Source of the DNA: Bacteroidota bacterium
Lineage (GTDB): Bacteria > Bacteroidota > Bacteroidia > NS11-12g > UBA9320
NCBI GenBank assembly: GCA_013359235.1
Contig: JABWCE010000004.1
Coordinates: forward strand, 18,931 to 82,930
Direction of reading: 5' to 3'
DNA: 64,000 bases
Position 1 is the stretch's first letter; the number at the start of each line of letters is the position of its first letter. The notes below the pieces were generated by a model. The model saw only the letters and a list, made by a program, of their open reading frames with translations. It made no database searches and was not told the origin of the DNA. The position numbers and the translations under genes were made by a program. Positions 1 to 8,695 of this stretch are shown here, in pieces.

Positions 1-237
1 GATTTCGGGTTTTGCAGCAATTGATTTCTTTAAATTTTCCCAATTTTGATTTGTATTGGCTTCAATTTTATTAATCTGAGAGTTTGAAATTGTTTGATTT
101 ATATTTTTTAAAATTTCAAATTCGTTTTTCCAGAATAGGTCATTTTCTATTAGTTTTTCAATTTCAATAACTTCCTCGGCTGATGCTTCGCCATCAACGT
201 ATTTTACAAGGATATTATATGTATTGTTATAATTCAC
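1..237 (-). CDS. FecR-family anti-sigma factor, partial (continues past window start); probable GTG start at 235-237 overlapping the stop of the upstream small ORF
   Basis: Minus-strand frame stays open to the window edge. Translation ...VNYNNTYNILVKYVDGEASAEEVIEIEKLIENDLFWKNEFEILKNINQ... matches the conserved N-terminal motif of FecR-type anti-sigma factors. It lies directly downstream of an ECF sigma gene. The frame has no ATG, and a GTG is the only canonical start. Confidence 0.5.
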   Translation of the reverse strand, partial: MNYNNTYNILVKYVDGEASAEEVIEIEKLIENDLFWKNEFEILKNINQTISNSQINKIEANTNQNWENLKKSIAAKPEI

Positions 238-392
238 TATTTTCTGATTAATGCCAATGAATTTTCAATATGGTTGTAAAACAACTGGTTGTATTGGTTT
301 TCGTTTAACCACAATTTTACATATTGTTTTTCTTCATTATTACATTTATTGAGAATGTATTTTGCTATTATGTTTCCTTCTGCAAATTCCAT
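237..392 (-). CDS. Small 51-aa ORF (MEFAEGNIIAKYILNKCNNEEKQYVKLWLNENQYNQLFYNHIENSLALIRK) carrying a second copy of the FecR-like anti-sigma N-terminal motif
   Basis: ATG start at 390-392 (reverse complement) and TAG stop at 237-239. The TAG overlaps the GTG of the downstream anti-sigma frame as TAGTG. The motif NI.AKY......EEK......W resembles the N-terminus of the anti-sigma gene. It is below the length cutoff of the supplied ORF track. Confidence 0.35.
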   Translation of the reverse strand: MEFAEGNIIAKYILNKCNNEEKQYVKLWLNENQYNQLFYNHIENSLALIRK

Positions 393-453
393 ATTTAACT
401 TTTTTGCTTACTATCTTACACACTTTGTTTATATTTTTCCCCTATAAAATTAT

Positions 454-981
454 TCAATATTTTTCTAAAAAACAGATTATCAGTATTAAAATTATATAAA
501 AATTTTTTCTTAAAAACTTCAATGCATTTCCAATTTGGTTTTCTACTGTTTTTACCGAAATATCTAAAACTGCTGATATTTCTTTATAGCTCATATTTTC
601 ATATCGGCTTAGTATAAAAATTTCTCTGCATTTTGCCGGTAGTTTATTTATCAAAGAATCTATTTGATTAGCCGATTGTCGGCTTTCAATTATATCAGAA
701 GGTGTTTGGTTTTCAAATAATACATTTTCAAGATATTCAATTTCTGTGATTTTTGTTTTGTTTCTGGTAAGTTTGTTGTAGCACCTGTTTTTTACAGCTT
801 TATACAAATAAGATTTGGGATTGGGAGGTAAAATTAAAATTTCTTTTTTTTCCCAAATGTTTTTGAAGAGTTCTTGCACGAGGTCAATAGACTCTTGTTC
901 ATTTTTTAGGTAAAAATTTGCAAAATTTACCAAATGCGGTTGATAGGTTTTATACAATATTTCAAATTCTTTAAAATTCAA
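454..981 (-). CDS. RNA polymerase ECF-type sigma-70 factor (sigma-24 family); TTG start
   Basis: Region 2 motif (DLVQELFKNIW) and region 4 helix-turn-helix (LSRYENMSYKEISAVLDISVKTVENQIGNALKFLRKN). Confidence 0.85.
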   Translation of the reverse strand: MNFKEFEILYKTYQPHLVNFANFYLKNEQESIDLVQELFKNIWEKKEILILPPNPKSYLYKAVKNRCYNKLTRNKTKITEIEYLENVLFENQTPSDIIESRQSANQIDSLINKLPAKCREIFILSRYENMSYKEISAVLDISVKTVENQIGNALKFLRKNFYIILILIICFLEKY

Positions 982-1075
982 ATTTGTTTAATGTTCGGGC
1001 AAAATTAAATTTTAAATTTTCTTTTGATAAAAATTGTGGTTAATCTACTGTTTTTATTGATTAATTTTTTTTCAA

Positions 1076-1405
1076 CTAAAATATATTTTCTCTTTCGAAA
1101 TATTCTATTACATGATTTTTTATAAGTATTTCCTGTTCTTTATTGCCATTTACAGGTATTTTTTTTTCAAGTTTCCAAATGGGCCATCCTCGTTCATCAT
1201 TTTTTTGAAATTTATAATAACCTGAATAGCTCAATACTTTACATACTGCAATATGTATGAGTTCTGTTTTTTCTTCTTTGCTGAATTTGTTTTGCAATGT
1301 GCCCAATTCTCTTATTCCGATTAAAAACAGTACTGCATTTAAGTCGGGCTTTTTATTAAATTTTATTTTTATATTTTCTTGAATTAATCTCCACTTATCA
1401 TTCAT
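1076..1405 (-). CDS. hypothetical protein (109 aa), no recognisable domain
   Basis: Intact ORF with ATG start, lying between radA and the ECF sigma on the same strand. Confidence 0.45.
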   Translation of the reverse strand: MNDKWRLIQENIKIKFNKKPDLNAVLFLIGIRELGTLQNKFSKEEKTELIHIAVCKVLSYSGYYKFQKNDERGWPIWKLEKKIPVNGNKEQEILIKNHVIEYFERENIF

Positions 1406-1426
1406 TTTTCTTAAATTATTAAACTA

Positions 1427-2794
1427 TTATATCCATATAAAATCTAAACATTCTTCGATTTTAGAAACGGGAATAACTTCGATTTTTGATTTTTGTAAAC
1501 CTTTTTGGTTATATTTTGAAATTATTATTGTTTTAAAACCTAATTTTTCGGCTTCGGTTATTCTTTGCTCAATTTTACCTACTGCTCTTACCTCGCCACT
1601 CAAACCTATTTCGGCAGCAAATACAAAACCTGTATTAATTATTTGGTTGTGAAAAGATGATAAGATTGAAACTGCAATGCCCAAATCAAGTGCTGGGTCG
1701 TCAAGCCTTATTCCTCCGGCAATATTTACAAATACATCTTGAGTATTCAAGTAAAAACCACATCTTTTTTCAAGTACAGCCAGCAGCATGTTTAGTCTTC
1801 TTAAATCAAATCCGTTTGAGTTTCGTTGGGGTGTACCATAAACAGCACTGCTTACCAAAGCTTGTGTTTCTACAAGTAGCGGCCTTATGCCTTCAATTGC
1901 TGACGAAATAGATATACCTGAAAGCGGTTCTTGTCTTTGAGTTATGAGTATTTCGCTTGGGTTGGTTACTTCTCTGAGTCCGGTATTTATCATTTCATAA
2001 ATTCCTATTTCGGCAGCCGAACCAAAACGATTTTTTGTAGCTCGCAAAATACGGTATGTATGGTGCCTGTCACCTTCAAACTGTAAAACAGTATCTACCA
2101 TGTGTTCTAATATTTTTGGACCGGCAATTATTCCATCTTTTGTAATATGTCCTATCAAAAAAACCGGCACATTTGTTTCTTTAGAAAATCTAAGCAATTC
2201 TGAAGTACATTCTCTAATTTGTGAAATGCTTCCCGGTGCCGAATCAATAGCATTGGTATATAATGTTTGAATTGAATCTACTATAATTATTTCTGGTTTT
2301 AGTTCATTAATTACCTGAAAAATCAAATTCAAATCAGGTATAGAAAAAATATAACATTCTTCGTTTTTAATTCCTAATCTCTCAGCCCTCATTTTCACTT
2401 GGGTTTCGCTTTCTTCGCCAGATAAATAAAGGGCTTTGATTTTTAGTTTTACTGCCATTTGCAAAAGCAAAGTACTTTTTCCTATACCCGGCTCACCGCC
2501 TATTAATACTATACTGCCTGGAACTATCCCTCCTCCTAAAACTCTGTTCAATTCATTATCATAAGTAATTATTCTGGTTTCGCCAATTGAACTTATTTCT
2601 GAAATTTTTTTGGGTTTTACTATTTTATTTTTATCAAAATCAGTTCCTTTTTTCCATGGAGAAACATTGTTTTCTTTCACCACTATTTCTTCAATGTATG
2701 TATTCCACATATTGCACGAAGGACATTTTCCTATCCATTTACTTGCTGATGCTCCACAATTTTGGCAATAAAATACTGTTTTTGATTTTAACAT
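1427..2794 (-). CDS. radA: DNA repair protein RadA/Sms
   Basis: N-terminal C4 zinc finger (CQNCGASASKWIGKCPSCNMWNT), Walker A GEPGIGKST, KNRFG motif and a C-terminal Lon-protease-like domain. Confidence 0.95.
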   Translation of the reverse strand: MLKSKTVFYCQNCGASASKWIGKCPSCNMWNTYIEEIVVKENNVSPWKKGTDFDKNKIVKPKKISEISSIGETRIITYDNELNRVLGGGIVPGSIVLIGGEPGIGKSTLLLQMAVKLKIKALYLSGEESETQVKMRAERLGIKNEECYIFSIPDLNLIFQVINELKPEIIIVDSIQTLYTNAIDSAPGSISQIRECTSELLRFSKETNVPVFLIGHITKDGIIAGPKILEHMVDTVLQFEGDRHHTYRILRATKNRFGSAAEIGIYEMINTGLREVTNPSEILITQRQEPLSGISISSAIEGIRPLLVETQALVSSAVYGTPQRNSNGFDLRRLNMLLAVLEKRCGFYLNTQDVFVNIAGGIRLDDPALDLGIAVSILSSFHNQIINTGFVFAAEIGLSGEVRAVGKIEQRITEAEKLGFKTIIISKYNQKGLQKSKIEVIPVSKIEECLDFIWI

Positions 2795-2807
2795 AAAGAT
2801 ATCTTTA

Positions 2808-3548
2808 CTATTGGTTATTCATCGAATTTTGTTTTCTTATTTCATACAGAAAAATTCCAGCGGCAACTGATACATTGAACGAACTTACTTTGCCTTGATG
2901 AGGAATTTTAACAAGTTTATCTGCAAGTTTTAATGCGATTTTTGACAAACCTGTTTCTTCTGAACCGAGTATTATGGCAGAAGGACCTTTAAAATCTGTA
3001 TTAAAAATTGATTCTGATGCTTTTTCAGTGCAACCTATTATTGATATTCCGTATTCTTTCATTTTCTCTAAAGTTATTGCTATTGAATTTACCTTACAAA
3101 CAGGTACAGTAAGCAATGCACCGGCACTTGTTTTTACAGCATCGGGGGTTACGGTTACAGAGTTATTTACGGGAATAACAATTGCATGAACTCCCAAACA
3201 TTCGGCCGTGCGGGCTATTGCTCCAAAATTGCGAACATCTGTTATCCCATCAAGAATTATTAAAAATGGTACTTCACCCCTCTCGAAAACCTGTGTAATT
3301 ATTTCTTCAAAATTTTGATATTCTACTGGCGAAATAAACCCTATTATCCCCTGATGATTTTTTCTTGTAATACGATCGAGTTTTGATTGTGGTACTGTTT
3401 TGTAAACTATTTTTTCAGCTTTTAAAACATTTAGCAAATCTCCGCTAAAACCTTGTTTTACTAAAATTTTGTCAAAGTTTTTACGTGCTGTGATTGCTTC
3501 TGAAATTGCTCTTATGCCAAATATTAAATTATTTTTACTGTTTTCCAT
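2808..3548 (-). CDS. rlmB: TrmH/SpoU-family 23S rRNA 2'-O-ribose methyltransferase (RlmB-like)
   Basis: SpoU methylase motifs (ILDGITDVRNFGAIARTAECLGVHAIV, ILGSEETGLS, FNVSVAAGIFLYE) and an N-terminal SpoU substrate-binding domain. Confidence 0.8.
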   Translation of the reverse strand: MENSKNNLIFGIRAISEAITARKNFDKILVKQGFSGDLLNVLKAEKIVYKTVPQSKLDRITRKNHQGIIGFISPVEYQNFEEIITQVFERGEVPFLIILDGITDVRNFGAIARTAECLGVHAIVIPVNNSVTVTPDAVKTSAGALLTVPVCKVNSIAITLEKMKEYGISIIGCTEKASESIFNTDFKGPSAIILGSEETGLSKIALKLADKLVKIPHQGKVSSFNVSVAAGIFLYEIRKQNSMNNQ

Positions 3549-3557
3549 TTTTAACTG

Positions 3558-3600
3558 AAAAACCCACCCATTTTTGAGTATGAGTGGGTTTTTGTTTTAT
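3558..3600 (-). terminator. Rho-independent terminator hairpin (AAAAACCCAC...GTGGGTTTTT) downstream of the DUF2723 gene
   Basis: 10-bp stem with about a 16-nt loop, followed by a T-run on the minus strand. The A/T runs on both flanks make it potentially bidirectional. Confidence 0.6.
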
Positions 3601-3612
3601 ATTTTTTTATTT

Positions 3613-6600
3613 TTATCTATTTAGTGTGTTATACAAATTATTGTATTTTTCGCCTAATTTTTTATTTCCGCTTTCGGTTGCTCTTTTTGCACATTCTGTT
3701 ATGTATTGTAATGCTTCGGGCAATTTTTCGCTTACAAATTTAGCCTTTGAACCTGTGTATTGTTTGTAAAACTTAACTTGCTGTTCGCAATCTTTTATCA
3801 TAAATTCCATAAGTTTTTCGGCTTTTTTATTTTCGCCTGCTAAATAGTATGTGTCAATATAATAATAACGTAGCCTCAAATCCATTGGCATAGAGACTTC
3901 GGGTATTACTTTTTGACTATAATCTAATAGGTAAACAGCTTTTTTATTATCCTTTTTTTCATAAACGTAACTTCTTGCAAGTTGAACAAAAAGGATCCTA
4001 AGATTTTTGGGCACAAGCGTTGCTTTATCGTCAAGGTTCATTTTCAGATTTGTGTCCATATTTCCCCACACAAATTGCTTGGTAAGTTTGTTGTAGAGCA
4101 AATCGGGGTCTATTAATCCCATTTTATCTTTGCTGTTTTTTAACGGAACAAGCCTGTATGTTAAACCTTCGAGCCTGAAATATTCATCGAGGTTTAAATA
4201 AACTGACGAACCTGTTGTAGTGGTAAAATAAATAGGGCGTTTCCAGCCTTGCTTTGCATTTTGTGCAATAATATCCATTACTACTAATGTACCTTTATAT
4301 ACTGAATTAGCCCCAATGTTAAAGGTAATGTTATCAACTATAGAGTCGGTTGATTTTACAATACCATTTTTAATACATTCATTTTTGTCAACCGGAATCA
4401 TAAAGTTTTTTACAGGCATAAAATTCATAGGTTCACGTCCACCGGCTGTTGTCATGTTATTTACATCATCGCTTGTCATAAAATTTATTACTTCGTCGAG
4501 GTTGTAAATTTTATTTTGGTCAAATTGTCCATTGTCAAAAAAATATGTAATTTCTCGTTTGCCTTCTACAAGTTTATCGGCTGAAATTGACAAAGGTAAT
4601 GGCTCCGAATTATAAACTTTTCTTCTCAGAGCATTTATATACCAGTCAGTTCCCAGCAAGCTAAGGTTTATAATTCTAACGTCTGTTCTTATACCTTCTA
4701 CATTTTGAGCAAACCAAAGCGGGTAAGTATCATTATCGCCATTGGTAAAAAGTATAGCATTTTTTTCGCAACTGTTCAGATAATTTTTGGCAAATGACAA
4801 GCCAAGATATCTGTTTGAGCGGTCGTGGTCGTCCCAGTTGTTTTTAGCCATAATTGCTGGTACAGCCATTAAACAAACTAAAGTGATTAAAGAAATCAAC
4901 GCAGTTTTGTTCATATTAAGCTTTTTCCCAAGATAATCGTAAAGAAACAAAACTCCCAAGCCAATCCAGATACAAAAAGTTTGAAATGAACCTTCCATAG
5001 AATAATCTCTTTCACGTGGCTCATAAGGAGGTTGGTTTAAGTAAACTATTATTAATAATCCTGTGAAAAGAAACAAAGCTAATACAACATTTGCATCAAA
5101 TTTTCGGGTTTTAAATTGAAAAACCATTCCTAATATTCCGAGAATTAAAGGTAAAAAGTAATAAGTATTTCGGGCTTTATTTGCTTTAAAAGTATCTGGC
5201 AGGTTGTTTTGCGGACCAATGAGCCAATTGTCAATAAAATTAATACCGCTCAGCCAATTTCCATCCCACGGATCTCCGCTCATGCCTTGCATATCATTTT
5301 GTCTTCCTACAAAATTCCACATAAAATACCTCATGTACATATATCCAACTTGGTATTTTATAAAAAACCATAAATTTTGACCAAATGTAGGTTTTTTACC
5401 TTCTTTTGCCCCACTCCACATTTGATATCCTTGTGGACCGCCTTCTTTTTGCATATCTCCCATACGTGGAAATAGTGTGCAGTATTTAGGATCCCAAACA
5501 GGTTCTACTTTGTTTCCTATTTCTTCGTATTTTTCAGTTCCTTTTCTGTATTGCATTGAGCCTTCTTCGGTAGATATATAGTTTGCATTGTAATATGGTC
5601 CATAAATTAAAGGTCTGTCGCCATATTGTTCGCGGTTTATATAACTTGTAAGGGTGTAAGCATCTTCAGGGTTGTTCATGTCTATTGCCGGATCGGCTAA
5701 TGACCTAATAACAACCATTCCATAAGACGAATATCCAAGCATTATAAACAAAAGACAGTTTAATGAAAGATTGAGTATTGAATGATTTTTTTTGTATGAA
5801 AAATATATCCCATAAGAAATTAATCCCAAAAGTAATATCATGAAAAATACTAAGCCTGAGTTAAATGGCATGCTTAGTGAATTAACAAAAATTCTATCGA
5901 AAAATGCACCTACTTTAGGTACACCAGGTAAAATTATAGATTGTATTATTCCCAAAGCTCCAATTCCAATTGCCGATGAAATATACAAACCCCTTCTGCT
6001 ATATTTATATCTGTTGAAATAATAGTAATAAACCACAGCAGGAATGACAAGCAAGTTGAGTAAGTGCAACCCAACAGCCAATCCTAATGAATAAGCTATA
6101 AGTACAAGCCAGCGGTCGGCACCCGGTTCGTCTTTTACTCTCTCCCACTTTAAAATAAACCAAAATGAAAGCGCTGTAAAAAATGATGAAGATGCATACA
6201 CTTCGGCTTCTACGGCACTAAACCAAAATGAATCCATAAATGTCAAACTCAAAGCACCTACAAGCCCACTGCCAATTATAGCAATTGCCTGATTGAGCTC
6301 AATTTCTTCTTGATTAAGCGAAATATTTAGTATTTTTTTTGCAAAATGAACTATTATCCAAAAAGTAAACATTACTGTAAGTGCACTTGCCACTACACTT
6401 AACATATTTACCCAAAGTGCAACTTGTGTTACATCATTTCCGGCAAAAAGTGAAAAAATTCTACCAAGCATTAAAAACAATGGAGCACCTGGAGGGTGAA
6501 CTACCTGCAAGCGATACGAAGCCGAAATAAATTCGCCGCAATCCCATAAACTTACTGACGGTTCAACAGTAATTCCAAAAACAATTAATGAAATCAAAAA

Positions 6601-6645
6601 TGTTAACCACCCGAAAATGTTATTTATTAAACTAAATTTTTTCAT
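3613..6645 (-). CDS. DUF2723-family large polytopic membrane protein (putative glycosyltransferase). Start placed at the internal Met (MKKFSLINNIFGWL), not the upstream TTG.
   Basis: Many TM helices. N-terminus ...NNIFGWLTFLISLIVFGITVEPSVSLWDCGEFI is typical of Bacteroidetes DUF2723 (ArnT/PMT-like) proteins, followed by a large C-terminal soluble region. Confidence 0.65.
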   Translation of the reverse strand: MKKFSLINNIFGWLTFLISLIVFGITVEPSVSLWDCGEFISASYRLQVVHPPGAPLFLMLGRIFSLFAGNDVTQVALWVNMLSVVASALTVMFTFWIIVHFAKKILNISLNQEEIELNQAIAIIGSGLVGALSLTFMDSFWFSAVEAEVYASSSFFTALSFWFILKWERVKDEPGADRWLVLIAYSLGLAVGLHLLNLLVIPAVVYYYYFNRYKYSRRGLYISSAIGIGALGIIQSIILPGVPKVGAFFDRIFVNSLSMPFNSGLVFFMILLLGLISYGIYFSYKKNHSILNLSLNCLLFIMLGYSSYGMVVIRSLADPAIDMNNPEDAYTLTSYINREQYGDRPLIYGPYYNANYISTEEGSMQYRKGTEKYEEIGNKVEPVWDPKYCTLFPRMGDMQKEGGPQGYQMWSGAKEGKKPTFGQNLWFFIKYQVGYMYMRYFMWNFVGRQNDMQGMSGDPWDGNWLSGINFIDNWLIGPQNNLPDTFKANKARNTYYFLPLILGILGMVFQFKTRKFDANVVLALFLFTGLLIIVYLNQPPYEPRERDYSMEGSFQTFCIWIGLGVLFLYDYLGKKLNMNKTALISLITLVCLMAVPAIMAKNNWDDHDRSNRYLGLSFAKNYLNSCEKNAILFTNGDNDTYPLWFAQNVEGIRTDVRIINLSLLGTDWYINALRRKVYNSEPLPLSISADKLVEGKREITYFFDNGQFDQNKIYNLDEVINFMTSDDVNNMTTAGGREPMNFMPVKNFMIPVDKNECIKNGIVKSTDSIVDNITFNIGANSVYKGTLVVMDIIAQNAKQGWKRPIYFTTTTGSSVYLNLDEYFRLEGLTYRLVPLKNSKDKMGLIDPDLLYNKLTKQFVWGNMDTNLKMNLDDKATLVPKNLRILFVQLARSYVYEKKDNKKAVYLLDYSQKVIPEVSMPMDLRLRYYYIDTYYLAGENKKAEKLMEFMIKDCEQQVKFYKQYTGSKAKFVSEKLPEALQYITECAKRATESGNKKLGEKYNNLYNTLNR

Positions 6646-6741
6646 ATCTTTCAAAAGAGGTAGCGAAAATAAATAAGAATTATTATATATTTCATAAAGT
6701 AGTTTGAACTTAAAGCAAAAAATTAAATTTAGCGACAACTT

Positions 6742-6772
6742 TTTGTAAATATCAATTATAAAACTATATTTG
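6742..6772 (+). promoter_or_regulatory. Bacteroidetes sigma-A type promoter for rimP-nusA-infB
   Basis: TTTG at -33 (6742-6745), a 19-nt spacer, then TATATTTG at -7 (6765-6772). It sits in the 180-bp divergent intergenic region. Confidence 0.4.
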
Positions 6773-6795
6773 CAGCGAAATTGCGGAAGTTAAAG

Positions 6796-6817
6796 AGGGG
6801 ATAAAATCCCCTTTTTT
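6796..6817 (+). promoter_or_regulatory. Terminator-like hairpin plus U-tract in the rimP leader (AGGGGAT-aaa-ATCCCCT followed by TTTTTT), 8 nt before the ATG
   Basis: Seen directly in sequence. It lies between the predicted promoter and the rimP start codon. Confidence 0.4.
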
Positions 6818-6825
6818 GTTGTAGA

Positions 6826-7287
6826 ATGGAGAAACTTACTTCGAAATTACAAAATTGGGTAACGGAATACTTGAACGGTTCCGATGATTTTATTATTGAA
6901 ATTGAGAGTAAATCACCATTCAAAAAATACAAAATCGTAATTGATGGTATAAAGCCGGTTTCGATTAGCAGATGCTCAGAACTGAGCAAATTTTTATCGA
7001 AAAAAATAGATGAAGACACAGAGATTAATTCTAGTGCAGGTTTTACTCTCGAAGTATCATCGCCCGGAGCCGATATGCCTTTAAAACTTCTCAACCAGTT
7101 TTATAAGCATATTGGACGTAAGATTGAAATTGTAACAAAAGAAAAAATTAAATACTGCGGAGAGTTGAAATCAATAGAAAACAATAATATTTTTATTGAA
7201 AGAAAAGTTTCGAAAAACGAAACCGCAACAGAAAAAATTGAGTTTAATAATATAGAAAAAGCATTAGTAATAATAACTTTTAAATAA
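6826..7287 (+). CDS. rimP: ribosome maturation factor RimP
   Basis: Size and position immediately upstream of nusA-infB, in the conserved operon order. Confidence 0.8.
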   Translation: MEKLTSKLQNWVTEYLNGSDDFIIEIESKSPFKKYKIVIDGIKPVSISRCSELSKFLSKKIDEDTEINSSAGFTLEVSSPGADMPLKLLNQFYKHIGRKIEIVTKEKIKYCGELKSIENNNIFIERKVSKNETATEKIEFNNIEKALVIITFK

Positions 7288-7299
7288 TAAAATAAAAAA

Positions 7300-8538
7300 A
7301 TGAGTTTAGGATTAGGATTAGTAGAGTCGTTTTCAGAATTTAAAGAATTTAAAAACATTGATCGTGCCACTATGATTAGGGTAATGGAAGATGTATTTAA
7401 AAGTATGCTAAAACGCAGATACGGTGACGACAGTAATTTTGATGTGATTGTAAATGATAAAACAGGAGATGTTGAAATTTATCAAAAAAGATTAATTGTA
7501 GATGAAGGTGAAGTAGAAGACCCAAACACAGAAATATCACTATCTGATGCACGTAAAATTGAATCGGACTTAAACCTTAATGAAGAAACCTATGAAGAAA
7601 TAACTATGGAAGTATTTGGCAGACGTTCAATACTTGCAGCCCGTCAAACCTTAATTTCACGAGTTCTTGAATTAGAAAAAGACGAAGTTTACAAAAAATA
7701 TAAAGACAGAGTTGGCGAAATTGTCAACGGAGAAGTATATCAGATCTGGAAAAAAGAACTTATGATACTTGACGATGAAGGCAATGAACTGATATTACCC
7801 AAATCTGAAATGATACCACGAGATTTTTACAAAAAAGGTGATTCAATAAGAGGCATTGTACTTAGAGTAGAAATGAATAATGCTCTTCCAAAAATTGTAC
7901 TTTCAAGAACAGCACCAGCATTTCTCGAAAGGCTATTTGAGATGGAAGTTCCCGAAATTCTCGATGGTTTGATTACAATAAAAAAAGTTGTTAGAGAACC
8001 AGGCGAAAGAGCAAAAGTTGCAGTAGAAAGTTATGACGACCGCATAGACCCCGTAGGGGCTTGTGTGGGTATGAAAGGTTCAAGAATACATGGTATAGTT
8101 AGAGAATTGAGAAACGAAAATATTGATGTAATCAATTACACAACAAACGTACAATTGTACATAACCAGATCATTAAACCCTGCTAAAATTGCGTCAATAA
8201 ATATTGATGAAGACAACAAAAGAGTTTCAGTTTACCTTCCTTCAGACCAAGTTTCGCTTGCTATTGGCAAAGGCGGGTTCAACATAAAACTTGCCGGAAA
8301 ACTTACAGGATACGAAATTGATGTTTACCGCGAAGATTCAAGTGAAGAATTTGACGTAGATTTAGAAGAATTTAATGACGAAATTGACGATTGGATTATT
8401 GACGAGCTTAAATCAATAGGGCTTGATACAGCAAAAAGCGTTCTTGCCGTTTCTAACGATGATTTGGTTAGACGAACAGAGCTTGAAGAAGAAACAATAG
8501 TTGAAATTAAAAAGATATTGGAAGCAGAGTTTATTTAA
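7300..8538 (+). CDS. nusA: transcription termination/antitermination factor NusA
   Basis: N-terminal domain, S1 domain and tandem KH domains (DPVGACVGMKGSRIHGIVREL; GKGGFNIKLAGKLTGYEIDV). Confidence 0.95.
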   Translation: MSLGLGLVESFSEFKEFKNIDRATMIRVMEDVFKSMLKRRYGDDSNFDVIVNDKTGDVEIYQKRLIVDEGEVEDPNTEISLSDARKIESDLNLNEETYEEITMEVFGRRSILAARQTLISRVLELEKDEVYKKYKDRVGEIVNGEVYQIWKKELMILDDEGNELILPKSEMIPRDFYKKGDSIRGIVLRVEMNNALPKIVLSRTAPAFLERLFEMEVPEILDGLITIKKVVREPGERAKVAVESYDDRIDPVGACVGMKGSRIHGIVRELRNENIDVINYTTNVQLYITRSLNPAKIASINIDEDNKRVSVYLPSDQVSLAIGKGGFNIKLAGKLTGYEIDVYREDSSEEFDVDLEEFNDEIDDWIIDELKSIGLDTAKSVLAVSNDDLVRRTELEEETIVEIKKILEAEFI

Positions 8539-8695
8539 AAATTGGGATTAAATGATTTATTGGTTATTCCCAGTAATTTTATAATAATTATGAAAAGTAG
8601 TTTATAATACCGAAGGACAATGGCAGATTAGAATTGGCAGTGCCTCCTTCTGTAATAATTAAAATTTTAAAAAAACAACAGGAAAAGTACAGAAG

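Noticed and set aside
237-267. In-frame stop recoding (alternative genetic code or selenocysteine) in the anti-sigma region
   Set aside because: Re-translation showed the interruption is a frame change, with a TAG stop overlapping a GTG start. TGA and TAA function as stops for other genes in this window, so an alternative code is unlikely.
1657-1911. Plus-strand 84-aa ORF inside radA
   Set aside because: It is embedded antisense in a highly conserved radA frame and has no independent signals.
6646-6738. N-terminal 31 residues (MSLNLIFCFKF...) of the DUF2723 ORF as called by the ORF track (TTG start at 6738)
   Set aside because: Homologous DUF2723 proteins begin at the MKKF..LINNIFGWL motif. 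The upstream extension is more likely untranslated divergent-promoter DNA, so the start was moved to 6645.
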